Under the pieces are notes generated by a model, which was not told where the DNA came from, made no database searches, and saw only the letters and a program-made list of their open reading frames with translations. From NCBI RefSeq assembly GCF_020745735.1, contig NW_026867531.1, positions 1-64,000 of the forward strand: a stretch of 64,000 nucleotides of DNA, given 5' to 3'. The DNA comes from Hemiscyllium ocellatum. Taxonomy: Eukaryota. Each line of letters begins with the position of its first letter. Positions within the stretch are counted from its first letter, which is position 1. Positions 37,049-48,910 of the stretch are shown here, piece by piece. Made by a program: the position numbers and the translations under genes.

Positions 37049-39776
37049 CTATGAATATAAAGCCGAGAGAATGCATTTAGATCGTTTATTGATCCAGATC
37101 GATCTATGTGCATCCAAGTCATGTAATTAGAGACCATTACATCTTCATAAAGCAGTCAGGTATTTCTCAAGTGTGACTCTTATCTGTATCCATCAGTGCA
37201 TTATTGACTCTCAGCAAGAAATTACAAATACTAACTGCACATGTTCTTTCGTCATTGTCCATGTCAGAACGTTTTAAATTATTTTTCTTTTAATCTATTA
37301 TTTAAGGATATTATTATTTGAGGAATGCTTATTACGAATAATTATTTTAATTATATCATTATATTTTAAATATAGGCTGTGACAGCACTTTAGTTGAAAA
37401 TTGTGGCCATCACTGAATAAAAGTTCAAATGTAATTCTCACCTTTATGTATTGGTGACCAATTGCTTGGCAAATCGTGAATATAAGTGACATCACAGTCA
37501 GGACATTGCTTCACATTTTTGTTTGTAGGATCTGTATATTTAGGAATAAGTTTTTGTACATGTGTCCCTTAATTTATTTGACCTACTGCTTGGTGTGTTT
37601 GGTTTCCCTTTAATGTTTGTGTATGTGGTTATGAGAGTCTCTTACTTCACTCTTGCCCATGTTGGAGTCTGTGCATGAATAAACATATTCCTGTTCCTTT
37701 ACTGCTGGGGTGCTTGTGTGTTTGGGCACCGAAATTTTGGTCTTTTCACATTGTGTAAGCATCATCATGCTAATATGCCATTTTGTTGCTGCCTATGCTT
37801 ATCTTGTAATGTCTTTGTGAGTGTTCACTTTTCATTAGTGCTATCTAAAATGTGCACTTATGTGTCTGTTTCAGGTCCTACCTAAACTAGGTTATTTTCA
37901 TGTTTATGCTTAATAAATGTTAGCATGCAATGTTATGTTTTGATGGATGTTTATATTTATATGATGATGTTTGCTTGTGTGGCAATCTTTCCCAAACCAT
38001 CTCCTGAGAAGCTTGTTTGTGTTACTGTGTGTGGATGCTTGCTGATGCTTGTGCCCATTCTCCTTATTTAATAAACGCCCCTCTATTTGTTGATCTATGC
38101 ACTTGTGTGTCTGCATGTGAGACTCTGAATTTGTGTGTACGTGTGACATTGTATACATGCTGATCAATGTGATTTAAAAATAACTAATTAAGCTGCCTCT
38201 GTCATCGTATGTTTGTGATTCTGAAAATGGGAAAATAATGATATTAATATTTATCTCTGTGCACTTACGTGCCTGTATGAGTTGACATGTGGGAGGACAT
38301 TTTTCGGAATTTGTATCTGTGTGTTCATGCGTGTATGTCTGTACGCATTGTGCTGTATGAATGTATATGTATTCATGCCCATTTGTGTGTTACCGTGTGT
38401 CTATATTTCTCATGGTTATGTGTGAGTACCCCTGTTCATTTGTGCAAATAATTTTCTTTCGGTGAATGTGAGTTTTTGTATGAGCTTAGGTGAGTGTTCA
38501 AGTACCACTTGCATGTGTGGCTCTGTGCGAGTATGCGTGTGTGACATCTTATCTATATGCACATTTGAGTGTGCACATAAATACGTGTCTTTAGGTGAGA
38601 GCCCATATATGTGTCATTACATGTGTATTTGCGATCATCTCTCTGTATCTGTTCGTATACCAGACTGCAATTTTTATTATTCTAATTTATTGTTCTAATT
38701 TTAAGGATTGCCCATAATTAGATTTGACCTTGGTGTTGTAGGAAACATTTCCCATCGTCGTGGAGAGATAAGCGTTTTATGAGCAACTCTTCTGTTGCAG
38801 TGATAGAATTTCTGTCTCTGAGAGAAAAGGCGTGAGTTCAAATCCCCACTGCCCCAGAGATAACATTTCTGAATGTGTTTATTAGAAAATGTCTACTTGT
38901 GTTCTGCATGTGAAACAAAATGATATCAGGTATTCGAATACCAGAATTGATCCCATGTGCTCCAGAAAACTGAGACAAAACTATGGAATTCAAGCCGGGA
39001 CGATGCAAACACCAGTTTTGGATTATGGGAATCGAATTTAATCATTTGTTAACAGAGCCAAGCGTGTCCAACATGTTCCAAAGGTATTATTTTACATGGA
39101 AATGTTCAATCTTTGGACAGTAAGCAAGAAGTTGACTGTTCCTGTTAGTAACTGGGTTACATTACAGAGGACATCGACCATGAAAACTCTGCACAGGGAG
39201 CAAGAGGACAGACCATTCATCGTTCCCCTCCCCTCTGCTCCACGACAACTTATCTGTCGATTCTCTTTGGTGTGAAAGTGAAGATACATTCTGTCAACTC
39301 ATGCGCTGGCGCAAGATCCCTGGCAGTTCCCCAGAAACAAAGGTTACATTCAAACTGTTCTGCACTCTTTACGATTGGTATGCTCCAATCAAATTTAATT
39401 TTAAAGTGTCTTAAATTTACATTTCCACTTGGTGCAATGTGGCAGTTGAAAACTGACATGAATTTTGTAAGAATGCCCAATCAGGGGAATCAAGAACACC
39501 AAGTTCAAACCTCGTGCTCTATCCTTGACATAAAATGGACAGTGTCAGATTTTGTCACAGAGGGATATAGGATGGATAATGGACTTGGCCGAATCCTGCA
39601 ATGAGTGAGCTTTACTCTGTCTCTGACCCAGGGTGTATCTGAGCAGAGAACATTAACTGCACAAGACACTTGTCCTAGACCTGTTAATAATCCACTTTAA
39701 CTACACCGATGTAATGTAAGTCAGAGTGAGAAACAACTAATTCAGTATTTACCTCACAACTGGAGGGAAAAGAAAC

Positions 39777-39782
39777 TTTATT
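39777..39782 (-). terminator. Secretory-form polyadenylation signal
   Basis: AATAAA ~37 nt after the secretory stop. A second AATAAA overlaps the stop codon (39823-39818). Confidence 0.8.
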
Positions 39783-39818
39783 ACTTCTGTTGAATTATTA
39801 AATGCAACTTTGAGATTT

Positions 39819-40210
39819 TTATTGACATGAATTAACAGTGTCCATCAGTGCAAGTGAAATGTTTACGAAACTCGGTTTACCGCTGGATTTATCGACTGTT
39901 CTGTTGATGATCTTCAATGGAATCGCTTCATGTCCCACCACACAGGAGTAAGAAGCACCGCTGGCCCACTCCTCCGCTGTAATGGATAACAGGCTGTAGA
40001 TGAAGAAGGAAGTGTTGTCACTCTCCGCCATCACCTCGGTGTTCTTGTAGTTATTGGGATTCACCGGCTTGTCATTGTTTGTCCACTTGACGAAGATCTC
40101 TCGGGGGGAGAAACCTCTCACTAAACAGGTGAGGGAGAGAAACCTCTGAGCGGAGATTTCTTCTGTTGGTGGCAGGAGGACCGACACTGATGGCTCCAGC
40201 GGATTAATCA
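39819..40210 (-). CDS. IGHM: C-mu CH4 plus secretory tailpiece (…[24 protein letters not shown])
   Basis: CAG acceptor. Internal donor G|GTAAAC at 39881/39880 for membrane splicing. The tailpiece has the NIS glycosylation site and penultimate Cys. Stop TAA at 39821-39819. Confidence 0.97.
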
Positions 40211-40665
40211 CTGCAGAATATTTGAGACAAATATAAATCAACCAAAAACATCCTGAACCAATATCACAATTTCACTAAATATTAAAATATGCCATTTTTA
40301 ATTTGGGATTTATTCACTTTCCTTTTCTAAAGGAGCAGTATGGTACACATTCTGTTCAGTAAAAAAAGTAAAGTTTAATGTGAAAGTTGCCTCCATGTTT
40401 CCAGCCCACAACAAGGGCATTCTGTCCAACTGTCATTGCTGATGGTGACATCACAACCCAGGTTTCTTCCCACCTTATCTGACTTAATCAGAATACAATA
40501 TCCTTTGGTCCATCTTTTTCTTAATCAGCTACTTAGCTATCCTGCCTTCAGATGCATCATTAATGCTCCCAACGGTGTTTGTTCATTACCAATCAAAGCC
40601 TGCCATTGATGTAACTGGATCTGGATTCCACATGGGATGCTTTGTGTTTTAATCTCACCGCTCAC

Positions 40666-40974
40666 CTTTCTCCTTGTGGATGGAGTCTCTCAGCGGAGTC
40701 GGTAGATTCTGATGGTACACCACACATTCAAAAGTAACGCCACTCAGCCAGGCTTCAGTAGAAATGTCTAATTTGCTGATCACGCTGTCGGGATTCTGTC
40801 CAGGCTGGTCAGCAATCTCGGATTTCAGAGACTTCTTTTCTTGTTTCCAGGTCACGTTTACTCCAGAAGGAAGATTCGACACAACGCAGGTTAACGTCAC
40901 CGTCGCCTCCAGTAAGACTTGTTCTACTGGCGGTGGGAGGATTTTAACGGTGTTAGGGTGGCACTCGGTATCTT
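40666..40974 (-). CDS. IGHM: C-mu CH3 exon ([16 protein letters not shown]...IHKEK)
   Basis: TAG acceptor and GTGAGC donor, 309 nt, phase 1/1. LTCVVS, VTW and FECVVYH motifs. Confidence 0.96.
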
Positions 40975-41961
40975 CTATGAAACAAAAATCAAAGTCAATG
41001 AAAAATGCCCCTTTATAATACAAACACCCAATCTTCAGATTACTTCTTCACAGGGTGAAGACACCACCTTCAAAATGGCAACTCCAACCATTGCTGAAAC
41101 GATGCTTACTATTGTTGATGTATTTTGATTTGTGAAAGCATTTGTGATTACCTATGACATACCCTGTGTCATTATTCCTAAAGAACACTGGCTTTGTAAC
41201 AAGTGACACCTGTGAAAAAAGTAAAATCATCGAAGGTACCATTATGTAACCCATGGAATTACCTTTCTTTCAGAGTTTGTCTCTCACTTAAGACCATCTC
41301 TTGATACTTGTGACAAGAGTAATCAGAATATAATGAGCTCAATTCCGTGTTCATAACCCTTAGGTGCAAGTGCTGCTGGTCACGCTGACTGCCAAATCAC
41401 AGCCCAAATTTCGGACAAATTATAATAAATAATAATTATTCTCTTTGCAGAGTTCTAAAGTGTTACAGGAGCGGTGAATATCCATGGAAATTCTGTTCAT
41501 TATATTTAACGTGATCAAAAATACTTTGCGTTATTGGTGTGATGTCATTCTCTAATTTATGTCATTGTTCCTCGTGGGCTGAGTTTGGAGTAGATCTGAA
41601 AACAAGACACTGAGTACAGCATTGGATATCGAGAAGGACACCCATCTCCTTAGGTCTTTCCCTCCATTCAGTTCGTTCATGACTGGTCTGTACTTTCACT
41701 TTATTTACCAAGCTGCATTTTTAAAATTTCTTCATAGAGCAGGGGAGAAAAAAAACAAACAAAAGCATCTTAAATTAATCTACAAACGCGATGGAAATGT
41801 ACACTAATTTTAAAGACATCCACTACCCACTGTGTAAACATCACCACCCCAAACCAGGCTAAATCAGCCTGTCTCGAGTTCCTTGTTCATTCATCCCTAT
41901 TGTAGCATTCTTACCAGAATTTATTCTCCTCACTCATCCACTACTTACAGAGAGCATCTTA

Positions 41962-42420
41962 AAGAAGCTCAGTGAGATCAGAATGATGCTGGAAAAGCAC
42001 AGCAGGTCAGGCAGCATCCAACGAGCAGGAAAATCGACGTTTCGGGCTAAAGCCATTCTACTGTCTTCTCCCCACACTAACCAAGAGCCGAACTATCTCT
42101 GGCTTGAATATACACAATGGCCTGGTCTCCACAGCCCTCTGCAGCAACAAGTTCCACAGATTCATCACCCTCTGGCTGAAGAAATTCCTCCCCATCTCAG
42201 TTCTAAACGGTGCCCCTTTGACCCTGAGACTGTGCCCTTGGGTCCTAGTCTCGCCTCCCAGTCAAAACATCTATTCCACGTTCACTCGACCTCAGTCTCT
42301 CAGTATTTTTTATGTTTCAATTAGATATCTCTCCAATATCCCCCCTCCACCCCCAAACTTATCCTTGAAGCCACTACCAGGCAAGGATTCAGCACTCTGA
42401 ATGCCTCTCCCAGCAAGGTC
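41962..42420. mobile_element. Penelope pLTR fragment plus CR1 3' fragment in the CH2-CH3 intron
   Basis: gctggaaaagcacagcaggtcaggcagcatcc…cgacgtttcgggc, then a minus-strand CR1 C-terminus. Confidence 0.75.
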
Positions 42421-42672
42421 AGGCAACAAACTATTTAACAAAGCTCACTGTCTATATATCTATCTTCAACAGAGAGGAAACATGCTTTTCTGACTTGCCA
42501 AAATGTTGAATTATGAGCAATGCTAATGTAACAATCAAACTGAAATGAGATACGTGACATGTTGGGAAACGAGAAGCTGTACCTTGCTGTTTACTACGCC
42601 TGATAAATTAGTGTGTTTGATTCACATCAGAGTTCAGAGTGATTTGTAGCTCTCTCAGTATGTGTCTCTTAC

Positions 42673-42984
42673 CCTGGAGTGCGGTGATGTTTTTACTTTG
42701 AATGTTGTCTTCATGAGTGACCTGGCAGGTATAGACTACGCTGTTGTACCATTCACCATAAGGGACCATCAGCCGACTCGTCACCGAGAAGTTCCCGTTC
42801 GCCTCACACACGGGAGACGTGAAGAAGCCAGAATCCAAGAGTCGGCCATTTTTCAACCAACTCACGGAGATTGACTTCGGATGGAAATCGATGATTGAAC
42901 AGACAATGGTTGCAAACTTGCTGCTTGCGATTTCTTCACTGGAGCTCACAGTTAGGAGAAGAGTTGGTGGGAGAGGACCTGTAC
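42673..42984 (-). CDS. IGHM: C-mu CH2 exon ([15 protein letters not shown]...NITALQ)
   Basis: AAG acceptor and GTAAG donor, 312 nt, phase 1/1. [16 protein letters not shown] and YTCQVTH motifs. Confidence 0.96.
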
Positions 42985-43274
42985 CTTTAGGAAACACATC
43001 GCATAAATTATCTGATCAATTTCATAACAAATACAATCAGTTCTCATATATCAAGGTTTCTTGTGGTTAATGGATACAAGAATCATAATTGTGCAGAGTG
43101 CTGGAGAAGCTGGGATCCACACAGAAAGATCATCAGGACAATGTGAAAGGCTAAAATTATAGGACACAGCAAGGGAGTCAAGGAGGCATAGAAACGATAG
43201 GCCGGTAACATCAGAAGGGAGATAGCAATGTTGGATGGTAATCGTTTTAATGACAGAGTCTGATGAACAAGGCA

Positions 43275-46200
43275 GATGAATTACTGCCATAAATGAGGAA
43301 ATGATGCGGTTGCTATCATGGAGACATATTGAGAGTGGGGCAGGAGTGGCTATTCAATATTCCAGGATTTAGTGCCTTCAGGCGAGACGGAAAGATGGAA
43401 AAGGATAGGGGCGGGGGTTTGCGGCACAGAATGTTGCTTCAGTCGCAATTCTGACAAGAGTATTTTAGGCTGTAAAGAGAAATGAAATCATGGATACCTC
43501 CTCGAACAAAGGCAAATGGACAGTACTTCAAAACCAAAATACAGCAAACATAACTACTGGGAGAGCACGAGAGACCTTACTATAGGTCCAAAAGACCAAG
43601 GGCAAAGACATGGGCAAATTTCAGAGAAATGTAAATTAAATAGGGGATTGAGAAAAGAGGTTTTTGACTTCCTCAGAACAGGCGTGGATATTCATTGTGG
43701 CAAAAGTTGAGAGGGAGCACAATTCTGAAAATGCCCCCAGGAGAATATTTTAACAAAGTATGTGTTAATACAGAGAATTTTAATCCAGACCTTGCAAAAA
43801 AGGGGTGAACCTGGACTTAACTTTTGGAAATGAAGTCGACCCAGTGGGTAAAACATCAATGGTGGTGCACTTTGCAGACAGTGATCGTAAATCAGTTGGA
43901 TTTCAGATTGTACTGCAAAGGAATAGAAATTGGCCCAAAGTTCTGAAAAGGGGAAGGACAATTTTAGTAAGATCAGGTAATGACTTAACCAGAGTGGACT
44001 GGAAGCTGACACTTATTGGTAAATCTGAGTCAGAGCAGTGTGACACATTTAAGAAAGAGGAAAATCACAGGGACGACATTTCCCAGGAAGCCACTGAATA
44101 GGACCAAGAATGTAGCGGGCTCTGGACACCAAAGGGCATGGAGGGTGAGATAAAGAGAAACAAGGGAGGCTTCCGGTCTATACTGAAATCTCAGAACAAT
44201 AGAAATTAGTATGGAGTACAGAACATGCAAGGGGGAGTTTGAAAGACAAAGGAATTAGAAGAGCAAATGGGACCATGAGAAAATAATAGCAGTCAAAATA
44301 AAGGAAAATATTTTTAAAAGTTACAGGTTCATTCATAATAAAAGAATGATTTGGGAAACAGTAATGCCCATTAAGTGTTATTATTGGAGTGGAGTCGGAG
44401 GATTAGATTAGATTAGATTAGACTTACAGTGTGGAAACAGGCCCTTCGGCCCAACAAGTCCACACCGACCCGCCAAAGCGCAACCCACCCATACCCCTAC
44501 ATTTACCCCTTACCTAACACTACGGGCAATTTAGCATGGCCAATTCACCTGACCCGCACATCTTTGGACAGTGGGAGGAAACCGGAGAACCCGGAAGAAA
44601 CCCACGCAGACACGGCGAGAACGTGCAAACTCCACACAGTCAGTCGCCTGAGTCGGGAATTGAACCCGGGTCTCAGGCGCTGTGAGGCAGCAGTGCTAAC
44701 CACTGTGCCACCATGCCGCCCACAAATTTAGGTTGTGGTCAAAACGAATGTGTTGCTTCGGTGTTCACTAGTAAGACGGACAATGTGGGGACAGAAATCA
44801 TGGAGGGGTGTTGTGATGTACTTTCAGAAATTAGGACACATGACGTGATGTTCTGTGTTGTCTTGCTGAATGAAAAGTGGTTATATTTCCAGGGCAGATG
44901 AAGAGTATACCAAGCGGTTGAGTGATGCAAAGGATGAAATAGTTGGGTCGCTGACAATAATTTAGAATTACTGTCTGGCCACAGCAGTTGTGCCAAGTGA
45001 GTGTAGATCAGCCAATGTTGCACTGTTACGCAGGACAAAGGAAGGGATAAATAATGAAAACACAGATCTGTCAAGCTAGTCTCAGTGGTAGGGAAACTAT
45101 TGAAAAGTGAAATTAGTCTTCATTTGGAAGATAAATCAACAATTTTCAGCACGGTTTTGTTGAGAGAAAGTCATGTGTAACAATTTGATAGTAGTTTTCA
45201 GAGAGATAACTCGATGTCCAGATGATAGCAATAATCAGAGCCAATGGGATCCGAGTTATTTTGACAGATTGGATCTCGAACTGGCTGAGTGATGGGAGCA
45301 GGGGATAATAGTCATCGGGTGTCTGCGTGACTGGAAATCTATGTCTCCTGGTGTTCTGTAGGGATTGGTGTTGATTTCCTTGCTATTTCTCTTACATACC
45401 AATGATTGAGACTCAAATTTAGGAGGATTAACCAGTGAATTCACAGATGAAATGAAAACTGTCATGTTGGTAAGTCATGAGCATTATGGCTTTAGATTGC
45501 AGGAGGATATAAAAGGGTTGGTTGTATGTGATGAGAAGTTGCAAATGGAAATTATTCTGGATAAATGTAAGGTGATGGAATTCGGCAGAAGAATCTGTGA
45601 GGTATGACATTTTGAATGGTGGAACCCTAGAAAGGCCTGAGGATCTTTGGTGCATGTACCCACCGATCCCCTATAGTACTGTGTCGTCTGGATAAAGAGA
45701 CTAAGAAGGTGGGAGGATATTTGCTTTTATTAGCCTAGACATTGACAATGAAGAACAGGGAGATAATACTGGAACTTAATAGAACACTGGTTAGGCCATA
45801 CTGAAGCGTTGTGTGCATGTTATCGAAGGAATGTGATTACACTGAAGGCAGTATTGATTAGATTTGCCAGGATCTTGCCTGGGTTGGAGGGTTTTAGTTA
45901 TGAAACTAGATGAGATAGACAGGGGTTTTCCATGGAGCAGAGGAGAATTAGGGAGAAGATTATCATGATGTCTAGAATTATTTTAGGCATAGACTGGGTA
46001 AACTGGATGAAACCTTTCCCCTTGATGGAGAGATCAATGCCTCAGGGGCACAGGGTGAAGGTAAGGCCAGGAGGTTCCAAGTGGATCTCAGGGGAAAACA
46101 AAATCAAACAGAGGGTGGTGTTAGCCTGGAGCTCAGCACCTATAAGTCATGTAGAAACTGAGCCCCTCATAATAAGTATGAAGTATTGAGATGCATCCTT

Positions 46201-46336
46201 GCAAGGGCAAGTCACACAAGGCAATGGATCATGTGCTGGCACATGAGACTGGAATAGTTAGGTGGCTATTATTGATAGGCGTAAACTGGATGGATCAAAG
46301 GGCCTTTTTCCTGTGCTGTATAAGGTGATTCTGTGA
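43275..46336 (+). mobile_element. Degenerate CR1 ORF2 filling the CH1-CH2 intron (antisense to IgM), split by a SINE
   Basis: EN motifs (LDLTFGNE, ADSDRKSV), RT motifs and a CR1 3' UTR. Confidence 0.85.
44401..44721 (-). mobile_element. Young full-length HE1 V-SINE
   Basis: Nearly identical to the copies at 60781 and 62605. Intact A box (TGGCACAGTGG), B box (GGTTCAATTCC) and (TAATC)n tail. Confidence 0.95.
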
Positions 46337-46409
46337 AAATGGTTATAAATAATGCCTTATTCATATTAATCCCAGATGCTCTGTTTATCTCAGTTCCCAC
46401 AATACGTAC

Positions 46410-46718
46410 CACATGGCATTTCTTTGCTCTTGTGTGAGTGTGACCCGCTGTGGTCAACCTCACAGTAGATTTTGCTGGGGCAATCTACCGCTGACCCAGG
46501 CAGGGTTAACTGGCTGCTCAGGGTGTAGGTTCCCTTCTTGTTTCTCACTGATGGGTAAGTCTTCAATCCATCTGTGATTAGCTCCCCACCTTTCTTCCAG
46601 GTTACCTTGGTGACGTCAGGAGAATAGTCCATCACCAAACAGCCAAAGATTGTCAAATCGGTGTTGTGCTCCTCACAGGAGGAGACCAGGCCATATAGCG
46701 TGGGGGGAGATGGTGTCT
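46410..46718 (-). CDS. IGHM: C-mu CH1 exon ([15 protein letters not shown]...KEMPC)
   Basis: TAG acceptor and GTACGT donor, 309 nt, phase 1/1. C1-set Cys/Trp pattern plus an N-terminal Cys for light-chain linkage. Confidence 0.96.
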
Positions 46719-47054
46719 CTACAATAGAATGACCAATTGAGCATGTTAGTTTCTGTTAATTTGACCTTATCAGTTACTCAAATGTATCCTCAGCTGGAAA
46801 CGTTTGCCAGTATGCTCCCGCTGAAGTCTACAGCATAACTGGAGTTTATTGTTGTTTCCTACCAGTTGCTGATCATGATCATTGGTTCCCTCTTTAGAAA
46901 CATGCCCTTGACCTTGACCATTGCCATATCATTTAGGAAGAAGAACATCCTGATCCCACCCCAGGAACTGTTTGAAGATCTCACCAACTGACACTTTCAT
47001 TGGATTGCTGTGAAGAGCAGAGAAGTTTCACAAAATACAAACCAAGGAAATGCA

Positions 47055-47380
47055 GATTCATCGAAATTCTACAGTGTGTGCAAACAGGCCATTTGGCCCA
47101 ACAAGTCCACACCCACCCTCTGAAAAGAAACACATCCAGACCCATTCCCCTACCCTATTATGCTACAGTTAACTCTGACTAATGCACCTAACCTCCCAAT
47201 CACTGAACACAATATTTGCAATTCCCCCAGCTTGTACATCTTTGGACTGTGGAAGAAAATGCAGACAGATATGGGGAGGAAGTGCCAACTCCACACAGAC
47301 AGTCACCCGAGCCTGGAATGGAACCCGAGTCCCTAGCACTGTGAGGCAGCAGCGCTAACCACGGAACCAGCGTGCCGCCC
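47055..47380 (-). mobile_element. HE1 SINE (older)
   Basis: Same head, core and tail with substitutions. Confidence 0.88.
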
Positions 47381-47449
47381 TACTAGGTACCCTGCTGCTG
47401 GAAATACCCAACAGCTGGCAGTACCCCCGGAGAGAAATCAGAGTGAATC

Positions 47450-47730
47450 ATAGAACATAGAACAGTACAGCGCAGTACAGGCCTTTTGACCCTCCATGTT
47501 GCGCTGCTCTGACATACTAATATGAAGCCCATCCCACCTACACTATTCCATGTACGTCCATATGCCTGTCCAATGAAAACTTAAATGTACTTAAACTTGG
47601 CGAATCTACGCCCGTTGCAGGCAAAGCATTCCCTACCCTTACTACACAATCAGTAAAGAAACTACCTCTGCCATCTGTCTTATACCTATCTCCCCTCACT
47701 TTAAAGTTGTGTCCCCTCGTGTTTGCCGTC
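47450..47730 (-). mobile_element. CR1 3' end
   Basis: TRGHNFKVRG…FFT.CVVRVGNALP, then 3' UTR with (ttcta) tail. Confidence 0.85.
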
Positions 47731-47812
47731 CCCATACTTGGAAATCAGGTCCAGTGAGCCTTCCTCACTTATCACTGCAAGGCAGAATGTTCTCTCTGGG
47801 AGGAAGGTCACT

Positions 47813-47813
<1 letters not shown>

Positions 47814-47849
<36 letters not shown>
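47814..47849. repeat. (CAG)12 trinucleotide repeat
   Basis: 12 perfect CAG units. Confidence 0.97.
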
Positions 47850-47851
<2 letters not shown>

Positions 47852-48249
47852 CAGGCAGGAGCTGAGCACTGGGACGGGGAGGATGGCTGTCACGGCTGAA
47901 CTCAGGCCAATTGGCTGGAAGTTGAAACATCTCATTTACAATGATCTGAATTCTGGAGGCCTCTGAAAAATGGAGAACCATTAAGGTTCAGAGACTTTGG
48001 ACTGTTACAGCTGAGTATTTACGGAAATATGATTTGAGAAATGAACAAGTAATCTTTAACTTTAATAACTATCAAATTGATACGCAGTTCACCACCAAAC
48101 CTCATCTCTCAGACTAACCACTGCACTTACTCTGCCTAGACCTAAATTTCCACTCACATTGGCAAACCCTACCCTGCTATACACCCATTCATGCCCAGAA
48201 CACACAAGCCCTATCACACAAAACACATCCAAGGCAATCCATATTGGTA

Positions 48250-48910
48250 GTGTAGCTGAGTAGAGAGATCTCGGTGCCCATGTACATAGATCCCTAAAAG
48301 TTGCCAGCCAGTTTGATAGAGTTGTTAAGAAGGCATACTTTGTGCTGGCTTTCATCGATAGAGGGACTGAGTTTCAGAACCATGAGGTTAGGTTGCAGCT
48401 GTACAAAACTCTGGTGTGGCTGCACTTGGAGTATTGTGTACTGTTCTGGTCACCACATTATAGAGAGAATGTGGAAGCTTTGGAAGAGTTCAGAGGAGGT
48501 TTTCCAGGATGTTGTTTGGTATGGCGGGAAGGTTTAATGAGGAAAGGATGAGGGTCTTGAAGCTGTTTTTGTTTGAGAGAAGAAGGTTGAGAGGTGACTT
48601 AATTGAGACATAAAAGATAAACAGAGGGTGGTCAGTGAAAGTCATTTTCCTTGAATAGTGATGGCTAGCAGGAGAGGGCATAGATGTCAGAGGTTGTTTC
48701 TTTACTCAGAGAGTAGTAGGGCCATGGAACACACTGCCTGCAACAATAGTACACTCGCCAACTTTAAGGGCATTTAAAAGATCATTGGATAAACATATGG
48801 ATGAAAATGGAATAGTGTAGGATAGATAGGCTTCAGATTGGTTCCACAGGTCAGCGCAACATTGAGGGCTTGAAGGGCCTGTACTGCACTGTAATGTTCT
48901 ATATTCTATA
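48250..48910 (+). mobile_element. CR1 3' end
   Basis: LQLYKTLVWLHLEYCVLFWSP, then 3' UTR with ttctatattctata tail. Confidence 0.88.

Noticed and set aside
40652-40658. Second GTGAGA donor 7 nt past the CH3 donor
   Set aside because: Use would shift the frame, and there is no supporting evidence.
40764-43070. Plus-strand ORFs overlapping CH3 and CH2 (40764-41018, 42662-42874, 42819-43070)
   Set aside because: Antisense shadows of Ig exons with no independent coding signal.
44429-44731. Recurrent ORF MWKQALRPNKSTPT… (also at 60817-61062 and 62643-62897)
   Set aside because: An antisense reading of the HE1 SINE, not a gene family.
47709-47966. 85-aa ORF with a polyglutamine run
   Set aside because: It starts inside a CR1 remnant, and the Q run is just the (CAG)12 microsatellite. 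There is no splice or domain support.
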